Assembly: GCA_964543705.1 (NCBI GenBank)
Contig: CAZIZP010000005.1
Location: 1,612-65,611, forward strand
DNA from: an uncultured Chitinophagaceae bacterium
GTDB lineage: Bacteria > Bacteroidota > Bacteroidia > Chitinophagales > CAIOSU01
Length of the DNA: 64,000 nt
Reading direction: 5' to 3'
The notes beneath the pieces are model-generated. The model was not told the origin of the DNA, did not search any database, and saw nothing but the letters and a program-made list of their open reading frames with translations. This document shows positions 10,413 through 18,216 of this stretch, in pieces. How positions within the stretch are numbered: the first letter of the stretch is position 1; every line of letters begins with the position of its first letter. The position numbers and the translations under genes are program-made.

Positions 10413-11645
10413 ATGAGTTCAGGAATATTTGTTTCAACAGAAACCGGAAGGCTAAGAAAAGTTATTATGCATTCGCCAGATGATGGTATTGAGGTAGTTA
10501 CGCCCAGCAAAGCATTAGAGTTTTTGTATGACGATATTGTGTACCTGCCTAAAATGCGCGAAGAGCACAAGCTGTTTACTGATATTTTGAAGCATTTCTT
10601 AGGAAAAGAAAATGTTTTAGACACTCAAGACTTGCTCTTACAGTCTATTCAGCACAATACCGATGCAAGGCTTGAAATGATAGACAATATTGCTTATGAA
10701 GAAGATTGCACCGATGAAACCAAACACATTCTAAAAGGGCTTTCGCCTGAAGAATTAATCTACACCCTTTATACAGGGGTGGTACGAAGTTCGCGCAAAC
10801 AGCTTTTTGGCCCTTTGCCAAACAATATTTTTACCCGCGATATAGGCGCAGTGGTAAATGACCACGTAATTATTTGTCAGGCTTCGAAAAGTGCCCGAAC
10901 AAGAGAAAGCATAATGACAAGAATTATTATTTATTACCATCCACAATTTCAGGCCTTAAGAAATGAAAACAGAATAATAGACCTTACTAAAGAAAATGAT
11001 GATGTAACCTTAGAAGGTGGCGACCTAATGATATATGATAAAGATCATTTGCTGGTAGGCTGTAGTGAACGCACTTCACTTAAAGCCCTTGATGTTTTAA
11101 TTGATAAGTTGTTTGAAAAAAATGTGGTTAAAAATGTAGTGTGGATAGAAATTCCTAAAGAGCGCACTTGTATGCATATTGATACTTTATTTACCCAGGT
11201 AAGTAAAGATGAATTTGTAGTTTTTGCACCTTATGTGGCTTCGCCTGAAAAAATGGAAGTAACTTCTTATCATTCAAATGGAAACTCAACCTCTTACAAT
11301 ACTTTATTAGATTTTTTCAAATCGGTAAATCCTAAAACAGATTACATTCTTTGTGGTAATGGTGAATATCCTTTTGATGAAAGAGAGCAATGGACTGATG
11401 GTTGCAATTTGGTTACAGTAAAAGATGGAGTAGCTTTTGCCTATCAAAGAAATTATCGCACTGCTGAAGCATTAAGAAACAGAGGTTATAATGTAGTTGA
11501 TGGACAAACTGTACTCACCGCTTTTGAAAATGGCTTGATAAATCCTGCAACTATTGAAAAAACTATTATAAGGCTTTCTGCAACAGAACTATCAAGGGCA
11601 AGAGGTGGCCCTCACTGTATGACTTTTCCGATATTAAGAGATTAG
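10413..11645 (+). CDS. Arginine deiminase family protein
   Basis: 410 aa. FTRDIG and LEGGD motifs, CMHIDTLF, and a C-terminal GGPHCMTFPILRD catalytic-Cys motif. Confidence 0.75.
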   Translation: MSSGIFVSTETGRLRKVIMHSPDDGIEVVTPSKALEFLYDDIVYLPKMREEHKLFTDILKHFLGKENVLDTQDLLLQSIQHNTDARLEMIDNIAYEEDCTDETKHILKGLSPEELIYTLYTGVVRSSRKQLFGPLPNNIFTRDIGAVVNDHVIICQASKSARTRESIMTRIIIYYHPQFQALRNENRIIDLTKENDDVTLEGGDLMIYDKDHLLVGCSERTSLKALDVLIDKLFEKNVVKNVVWIEIPKERTCMHIDTLFTQVSKDEFVVFAPYVASPEKMEVTSYHSNGNSTSYNTLLDFFKSVNPKTDYILCGNGEYPFDEREQWTDGCNLVTVKDGVAFAYQRNYRTAEALRNRGYNVVDGQTVLTAFENGLINPATIEKTIIRLSATELSRARGGPHCMTFPILRD

Positions 11646-11662
11646 TTCATAGGGAATAAAAC

Positions 11663-11702
11663 AAAAAAGAGGCAATTCATTTAAGAATTAGCCTCTTTTT
11701 TG
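11663..11702. terminator. Bidirectional-looking Rho-independent terminator
   Basis: aaaaaaGAGGC-N17-GCCTCtttttt. It sits between the arginine-deiminase stop and the 3' end of the convergent tRNA. Confidence 0.7.
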
Positions 11703-11775
11703 TTGTCCGACTAGGGGTCGAACCTAGACTCTTCTGGACCAAAACCAGACGTGTTGCCAGTTACACCATCGGACA
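11703..11775 (-). tRNA. tRNA-Gln (anticodon UUG)
   Basis: Folded by hand into a full cloverleaf. Acceptor tgtccga/tcggaca, D stem gtgt/acac, anticodon stem tctgg/ccaga with loop ttTTGgt, T arm ctagg-ttcgacc-cctag, discriminator A. No encoded CCA. Confidence 0.9.
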
Positions 11776-11801
11776 GTAAAAAACATTACAGTTTCGGCTT
11801 G

Positions 11802-11809
11802 CAAAAATA
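11802..11809 (-). promoter_or_regulatory. Candidate -7 box (TAnnTTTG) for tRNA-Gln
   Basis: Minus strand reads TATTTTTG, 26 nt upstream of the tRNA 5' end. Confidence 0.4.
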
Positions 11810-11946
11810 GGAAAAGATTTTTTTAGTACAAAAATATATTTACCTCTATAACTGCAACCTTACAACGTCCCAAATGCTGCATTTGTTTAGCACATAAGTA
11901 ATTCAAGTAACATTTAACTATTTTCGCAGTTAAACAATATAGCCTC

Positions 11947-12885
11947 GTGGAACTTTCTGTAATTATTCCCATCTATAATGAAAGTACAAATATTAACACC
12001 TTATACGAAAGGCTATCGGCTGTATGCGATAAAATTACAGCAGACAGAGAATTTATTTTTATAAATGATGGAAGTATTGATGATTCATTACAAAAGGTTA
12101 AGGCTTTACATGAAAATGATTCTCGAATAAAATACATCAACTTTAGCAGAAATTTTGGCCACCAAATAGCAGTTACTGCCGGGCTTGACAAATGCAAAGG
12201 CAATGCAATAGTTATTATTGATGCTGACCTTCAAGACCCACCGGAACTAATAGAACAAATGTATCATAAATGGAAACATGAAGATTTTCAGGTGGTTTAT
12301 GCCAAACGCAGAAGAAGAAAAGGTGAAAGTTTTTTAAAGCTGTTAACGGCTAAAATGTTTTACAGAATTTTAAGCAGTATTACATCCGTATCCATCCCTG
12401 TTGATACGGGAGATTTCAGACTTATTGACAAAAAAATTGTTTCTTATTTAAAGCAGATGCCAGAACAACAAAAGTTTCTTCGTGGGCAAATTTCATGGAT
12501 AGGGTTTAACCAAACCTATATTGAATATGACCGAGACGAGCGTTATGGCGGCAAAACAGGCTATACGTACAGAAAAATGATTCGGTTTGCATTAGACGGC
12601 ATTACTTCATTTTCTGATTTTCCTTTAAAGTTTGCAACTTTAGCAGGCTTTTTTGTTTCAGCAGTAGCATTTATTATTATTCTTTATTCAATTTACCAAC
12701 GATATTTTGGAGATAATTACCAAACCGGTTGGGCATCATTGATGATTTCTATATTGTTTTTAGGCGGAATTCAGCTAATAGGCATTGGCATAATAGGCGA
12801 ATATATAAGCAGAATTAGTAAGAACGTAAAGCAACGACCACTTTACATCATAGCCGACAGTAATGTTGAGGAAAAAAGTAACTAG
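11947..12885 (+). CDS. GT2 polyprenyl-phosphate glycosyltransferase (GtrB/ArnC/DPM1-like)
   Basis: GTG start. Motifs SVIIPIYNE, FINDGSID, FSRNFGHQ and IDADLQDPPE, with two C-terminal TM helices. Confidence 0.85.
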   Translation: MELSVIIPIYNESTNINTLYERLSAVCDKITADREFIFINDGSIDDSLQKVKALHENDSRIKYINFSRNFGHQIAVTAGLDKCKGNAIVIIDADLQDPPELIEQMYHKWKHEDFQVVYAKRRRRKGESFLKLLTAKMFYRILSSITSVSIPVDTGDFRLIDKKIVSYLKQMPEQQKFLRGQISWIGFNQTYIEYDRDERYGGKTGYTYRKMIRFALDGITSFSDFPLKFATLAGFFVSAVAFIIILYSIYQRYFGDNYQTGWASLMISILFLGGIQLIGIGIIGEYISRISKNVKQRPLYIIADSNVEEKSN

Positions 12886-13590
12886 TTATTTTTTTCTTGC
12901 AATTAATAATACCGATTTACCTACATTGTAGCCCGTAAGCCAGTCGGTAATTTTTGAAATCGGCACCATAAAATTGTCCCACAGTTTTATTTGCGAAATT
13001 TTCGGGTACGATTGTTTCAGCAAAAGTTTTTGTGCCAAAGAGGCAGTTAGCCCTACACTATCTAAATACAAGGCTCTTTCAATAATTAATGTTGATGGAA
13101 TAACTACTTTAAGTTGTTTTCGAGAATACCTTCTGTAATGCCCTATAGATTTATCGAAATTACTGTATAAATACTGATGAGCAGGTACAACAATAGCTAA
13201 TACGCCACCGCTTTTCAAATGTTCAGAAGCTACAAGCAATTCGGCTTTATCATCCTTAATATGCTCAATTACATCAATATATATAATAGCATCAGCTTGT
13301 TTATTTTTTACATCGCTTAAAACACCACACATACTTTTGCAGCAAGAAGGCAATTCTTTGTTATTTATCATTGCCACAACATGTTGTTCCAGACGGCTAT
13401 CGGGTTCAATGCAAAGCCATTCACTTTGTGTTCCGCTACAAAGATGCTTGGTGGTGCCACCAATGCCTGCTCCCACTTCTATCACCGTTCCTTTTAAGTG
13501 AGGCTTAATAAACGAACCATAATATTGTTTCCAGTTTTCAGCAAACTGAAACAACTCTAATTCACCACCTATATATGACTGGTTTTCCAT
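12886..13590 (-). CDS. Class I SAM-dependent methyltransferase
   Basis: Motif I VIEVGAGIGGTT, followed by a DVIEH post-I region. Confidence 0.8.
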   Translation of the reverse strand: MENQSYIGGELELFQFAENWKQYYGSFIKPHLKGTVIEVGAGIGGTTKHLCSGTQSEWLCIEPDSRLEQHVVAMINNKELPSCCKSMCGVLSDVKNKQADAIIYIDVIEHIKDDKAELLVASEHLKSGGVLAIVVPAHQYLYSNFDKSIGHYRRYSRKQLKVVIPSTLIIERALYLDSVGLTASLAQKLLLKQSYPKISQIKLWDNFMVPISKITDWLTGYNVGKSVLLIARKK

Positions 13591-14522
13591 TATTTTGAAG
13601 CTACTGATTGTATAAAATGCTTGTACTCGTAGGCAGGAATTATTTGTTTATTGCTACGATAAGACAACACCATAAAAACTAAAAATAAAAACACTAGCAA
13701 TGCTTGAAAAGACATAATGGCCAATGCTAAAACCGTAAATGTGGCCCAGCCGGGAATAGCCCAGTCGGTAAATAATCTTATTCCGGTAACAGCTACTATT
13801 CCTGAAATAGCAACCCCTAAAAAAATTAAACTGTAGAGTATCAATCTTATAGAAACCGTTTCGATATATACTGAAATAGCACTTAAACCATGAAGAATTA
13901 ACGAATTGAAATTCATTTTCGAGTTGCCGGCCAGCCTAATTCCTTTTTCAATTGGCGCTGTGGTGTAAGCAACTTTTGAGCGAATAACTGCACTGGCAAA
14001 ATGATTCCAAATTTCCGGAACAAAAACTATTTTTTTTACCGTTTCAAAGTTCAGCAAACAAAAATTACCAAAGTTGATGGGGTTGCCCGTAAGTCTTTTA
14101 AATAAGAATTTATAAACTGCGTAAAACAATTTAAACACTAAGCCTTCTTTACGTTTGGTGCGTTGTGCAAAAACCACTTTGTTGCTATTAGCTTCTTGCT
14201 TCTGAATTAATTTTATAATGTCTTCAGGAACATCTTCTCCGTCAGAATCCATTACAATTACCTTGTCGCAGGTTTCATTTTCAGCAATATAAGAAAGCCC
14301 AATAGCAATAGCACGCTGATGCCCCATGTTTCGGTTTAAATGAATAATAGAAATTTGCTGAAGACTTTCTTCCGATGCAGGTTGTGTAGAAAAATCATTT
14401 ACGGCAAATATTCTGAAGCTGTCATTTGGTAGTTGTTTACTGAAAAACGTACTGATTTTTTCATGCAACAATCTCAGGCATTCCCAATCGTTAAAAACAG
14501 GTATCAGAATAATGTAATTCAT
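13590..14522 (-). CDS. GT2 polyprenyl-phosphate glycosyltransferase (second GtrB-like paralog)
   Basis: Motifs ILIPVFND, NRNMGHQRA and VMDSDGEDVPEDI, with C-terminal TM helices. Start moved to the internal MNYIIL (14522) because a TAnnTTTG box overlaps the longer ORF start. Confidence 0.8.
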   Translation of the reverse strand: MNYIILIPVFNDWECLRLLHEKISTFFSKQLPNDSFRIFAVNDFSTQPASEESLQQISIIHLNRNMGHQRAIAIGLSYIAENETCDKVIVMDSDGEDVPEDIIKLIQKQEANSNKVVFAQRTKRKEGLVFKLFYAVYKFLFKRLTGNPINFGNFCLLNFETVKKIVFVPEIWNHFASAVIRSKVAYTTAPIEKGIRLAGNSKMNFNSLILHGLSAISVYIETVSIRLILYSLIFLGVAISGIVAVTGIRLFTDWAIPGWATFTVLALAIMSFQALLVFLFLVFMVLSYRSNKQIIPAYEYKHFIQSVASK

Positions 14523-14528
14523 GCACGC

Positions 14529-14536
14529 CAAAAATA
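14529..14536 (-). promoter_or_regulatory. Candidate -7 box (TAnnTTTG)
   Basis: Minus strand reads TATTTTTG, 6 nt upstream of the ATG at 14522, which implies a near-leaderless transcript. Confidence 0.35.
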
Positions 14537-14589
14537 GTTAAAAGCTATTTGCCATTAATGTTTATTTAAAAATACTACCTGCCAAAGGT

Positions 14590-16575
14590 TTGTTAACTTC
14601 ACGAAAATTTTTTCAAACCATGTTTTCAGCTATTAACGAATCGGTTTTTAAAAAAGCATTTTGGGTTAGCGCTTTTGTAATGGTTGCTACTATGCTTTGG
14701 GTTTGCAACGACTATGGCATTACCGGAGATGAAACGCACCTGAATGCTTACAATAAGGCAGTAGTAAATTGGTATGCTACAGGCGGCAAAGACACTACTT
14801 GCCTTAATATGCCTGTGTTTCACGATAAAGACAGGGTATTAAAATATTATGGTGCGGGTTTTGAGTTAATGGCTGCTTTAGCTAAAAAGGTTTTGCCTGT
14901 AGAGGAATATCATGCACGCAGAATTACCAATGCTTTATTTGGTTTTGCGGCAATTATTTTCACCGGACTAATTGCCTTGCGCTTAGGGGGTTGGCGCATG
15001 GCATTAATTGCACAGTGGATTATTTTTCTCTCTCCGAGATTTTTCGGACACTCGATGAATAATCCCAAGGATATTCCTTTTGCAGCCACATCGGCATTTG
15101 CTGTTTGGGCCATGATGATATTTTTCGATAATCTTAAAAAGCTAAACTACAATCATGTTTTGTTAACAGGCCTGGCAATTGCAAGCGCTATTAATATTCG
15201 ATTCGGAGGGTTATTATTGTTTGGCTATTTCGGCTTGTTTTTGTTGATAGAAATTATTGCTACTGAAAATGGTATTGGTAAAATTCTTAGCAACCCATTT
15301 GAAAAATTGAAGCCTTATGTGTTGCCTTCTATAGCAACAATAGCGGTTGGTTATTTCTGTGGTGTTTTAATGTGGCCGTTTGGCTTGCTTAATCCTATTA
15401 TGCATCCATTAGAGCCATTGAAAAAATTTGGAAACTTAGATGTAAGTCTGCGGCAGGTATTTGAAGGTGAATTTTTTATGAGTGCCGACTTGCCTTGGTA
15501 TTACCTGCCTAAAATGATTGGTATTACAACGCCCTTGGTATTTATTATCGGCTTTGTAATAGCGTTCCCATTATTTTGGTTGGTAAGAAAACAATTTCCG
15601 AGTAGAAGAGTGTTGCTTGTATTATTTGCAGCATTGTTTCCGGTGTTTTACATTATTTACACTAATGCCAATATTTTTCATGAATGGAGGCATACTTATT
15701 TTGCGTATCCGCCATTAGTAGTAATAGCTGCTTTAGGTTGGGAAAGTTTATTCAGAATACTAAAAACAAAAGTGCCGCAGTTCGCTGCAATTTCAGCTTT
15801 CACAGTTTTACTATTGATGCCTTTGGGTTGGTTTGTAAATGCTCATCCGCATCAGTATTTATATTATAATGAATTGATTGGCGGGCTAAAAAATGCTAAA
15901 GGAAACTATATTTTAGACTATTGGATGAACAGCATTAAAGAAGCCTATGAATGGACAATTGCCAATGCTGAAATGCCGGAAGGAAGACCATTAATAATAA
16001 CCACAACTGCCCACCCTCAAGTTATAGTATATAATGAGGGAAAGGAAGATAAATTTGAAATTCATTATGCCCGATATTATCAGCGTTATGAGAAAGATTG
16101 GGATTATGGTTTGTTTTATGCAGATTTTATTAGTCCTTCTCAATTAAAAAACCCTAATACTTGGCCGCCAGATGGAACTGTGCATGTCGTAAAGGCTGGT
16201 GATGTTCCTATTTGTGCCGTAATTAAACGAACAGACAAATCTGATTTAAAAGGCTTTACTGCTATGAACGAAGGCAACATTTCTGAAGCCATAAAATATT
16301 TTGAACAAGCCATAAAAAGTTATCCGAATAGTGAAATAATACATACTAGTTTAGGTATAGCTTATTTGAATGTTGGCAAGTTTAATGAAGGCATAAATGC
16401 TTTAGTAAAAGGAATTCAATTGTATCCTGAAAATGCACAAGCCTATTTTTATTTGGGTTATGCTTATGCTATTCAAGGTAACAGAAATAATGCAGGCATC
16501 TATTTACAAAAGGCAGTAAATCTTAACCCCGGTTATGGACAACAGGCACAAGATATAATGAGCAAAATGCGATAG
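14590..16575 (+). CDS. GT-C fold membrane glycosyltransferase (ArnT/PMT-like) with C-terminal TPR repeats
   Basis: About 12 predicted TM segments. First-loop acidic motif YGITGDETH resembles the PMT/ArnT DE motif. The soluble C-terminal 100 aa holds TPRs (AIKYFEQAIKSYPNS..., AYFYLGYAYAIQGNRNNA...). The start (TTG 14590 or ATG 14620) is uncertain. Confidence 0.75.
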   Translation: MLTSRKFFQTMFSAINESVFKKAFWVSAFVMVATMLWVCNDYGITGDETHLNAYNKAVVNWYATGGKDTTCLNMPVFHDKDRVLKYYGAGFELMAALAKKVLPVEEYHARRITNALFGFAAIIFTGLIALRLGGWRMALIAQWIIFLSPRFFGHSMNNPKDIPFAATSAFAVWAMMIFFDNLKKLNYNHVLLTGLAIASAINIRFGGLLLFGYFGLFLLIEIIATENGIGKILSNPFEKLKPYVLPSIATIAVGYFCGVLMWPFGLLNPIMHPLEPLKKFGNLDVSLRQVFEGEFFMSADLPWYYLPKMIGITTPLVFIIGFVIAFPLFWLVRKQFPSRRVLLVLFAALFPVFYIIYTNANIFHEWRHTYFAYPPLVVIAALGWESLFRILKTKVPQFAAISAFTVLLLMPLGWFVNAHPHQYLYYNELIGGLKNAKGNYILDYWMNSIKEAYEWTIANAEMPEGRPLIITTTAHPQVIVYNEGKEDKFEIHYARYYQRYEKDWDYGLFYADFISPSQLKNPNTWPPDGTVHVVKAGDVPICAVIKRTDKSDLKGFTAMNEGNISEAIKYFEQAIKSYPNSEIIHTSLGIAYLNVGKFNEGINALVKGIQLYPENAQAYFYLGYAYAIQGNRNNAGIYLQKAVNLNPGYGQQAQDIMSKMR

Positions 16576-16656
16576 ACTTCTAATTTCTTAATACAATTAC
16601 CTTATTTTTTTCTCCAATATTGGATTATTTTTATAGTATTGATAAACTGATAAAAA

Positions 16657-18153
16657 ATGAGAAGCCTGCTCATCATTTTAGGATTAATTTCAACTTATGC
16701 CCCTGCATTTGCTCAGGCATTGTTTTATAACAATGGCGCACAAATGTTTATGAATCCCGGTTCGGTAATGATAGTGAAAAACGCTTCGGTAGATAACAAT
16801 ACCGGAAGAATTGATAACGCTGGAAACCTTATTGTTGAAGGCGATTTTACTAATAGCGATTTGGCAACAGGCAATGCCAACTCAACCGGCATTTATGATA
16901 TTTACGGCAACTGGATAAACAATGCCAACTTTTCTGCCGATGAAAGCACTGTTCAGTTAAGTGGTGTAAATCAATTAATTACCGGCAATCAAAAAACCAC
17001 CTTTTACAATTTGTTTTTAGTAGGTAATGGCATTAAAACTCAAACTATAGATGCGCAAGTTGATGGTACTTTAGATCTAAGAGATGCTGAATTGGCAACC
17101 GATATATATGAAATGTTTGTTGCTAATGCTAGCCCAAATGCTATAGTTCGTGTTAACTCAGGCTTTGTAAGCAGTTTACAAAATGGAAAACTTTCGCGAA
17201 ACACTAACAGTACTGATAGCTATTTATTTCCTACAGGATCTTCATTAGGCACTCCTCGATATCGTCCCGTTACAATTATTCCAAATACTACAAATAATAA
17301 TACTTACGGAGTAAGACATGCCAATGTCACCGCTACAGCCGAAAGCTATGATGTTAATGTTTTGTCTGACGAATTATGCGAAGTAAATCCATTATACTAT
17401 CATAGATTACACAGAACTGCCGGAGCAGATGCCGCTACTGTTTCTTTTTTCTACGATAATGTTGCCGATGGAGATTGGGCTACTATTGCCAATTGGCAAA
17501 ATAATTCGCAGTGGGAAGATATTGGCCCTGCAACAGCTTCTATTGCTTCGGGCTTTGATGTTTTAACTATTGGCAACTGGAATAATTTCAGCAATATACC
17601 TTATGCCTTGGCAAAACCAGCACCAACCGTTGTTGCAGAAAGAGATACTCAAATTTTATTAGGCGATGAAGCCTCTTTGACCGCCACTGCAAGTCAAAAT
17701 GTAAACACCTACACGTGGTTTCCGTCAAACGATTTAAGTTGTGCCGATTGTCCTAACCCCATTGCTTCTCCGGAAAAAACCACTTTATATACGGTTACTG
17801 TAAATCAAGGTTCGGGTTGTAGTGCTACCGATTCGGTATTGGTTGAAGTAATTGCCAATTTGAATTTATATCTGCCGAATGCTTTTTCGCCTAATAGCGA
17901 TGGCAATAACGATATACTAAAACTTTATGGCGATACCGATAGAATTTTTACTTTAAACCTGAAAATTTTCAATCGCTGGGGCGAAAAAGTGTTTGAAGCC
18001 ACCGATATTGAAACGGCAGTAAACGGCTGGGACGGCACTTATATGGGTAAACTGCTCGACCCCGGAGTATTTGCTTATCAAATGGCTGTAACTTACAAGA
18101 GAGGCATTAAAGACCCCTTAAAGCAAAAGGGTAGTATTGCATTAATTAGATAA
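16657..18153 (+). CDS. Secreted protein with T9SS type-B (gliding-motility-associated CHU_C) C-terminal domain
   Basis: Signal peptide ending AFAQ. C-terminus LPNAFSPNSDGNNDILKLYG...IFNRWGEKVFE...WDGTY...GVFAY. Confidence 0.8.
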   Translation: MRSLLIILGLISTYAPAFAQALFYNNGAQMFMNPGSVMIVKNASVDNNTGRIDNAGNLIVEGDFTNSDLATGNANSTGIYDIYGNWINNANFSADESTVQLSGVNQLITGNQKTTFYNLFLVGNGIKTQTIDAQVDGTLDLRDAELATDIYEMFVANASPNAIVRVNSGFVSSLQNGKLSRNTNSTDSYLFPTGSSLGTPRYRPVTIIPNTTNNNTYGVRHANVTATAESYDVNVLSDELCEVNPLYYHRLHRTAGADAATVSFFYDNVADGDWATIANWQNNSQWEDIGPATASIASGFDVLTIGNWNNFSNIPYALAKPAPTVVAERDTQILLGDEASLTATASQNVNTYTWFPSNDLSCADCPNPIASPEKTTLYTVTVNQGSGCSATDSVLVEVIANLNLYLPNAFSPNSDGNNDILKLYGDTDRIFTLNLKIFNRWGEKVFEATDIETAVNGWDGTYMGKLLDPGVFAYQMAVTYKRGIKDPLKQKGSIALIR

Positions 18154-18190
18154 ACCTTTCAAATACTTCTTTTTCGTAACTATCGTTAAT

Positions 18191-18198
18191 TACTTTTG
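18191..18198 (+). promoter_or_regulatory. Candidate -7 box (TAnnTTTG)
   Basis: TACTTTTG, 18 nt upstream of the TTG start at 18217. Confidence 0.4.
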
Positions 18199-18216
18199 CA
18201 AAAATTTTTTAATTAG

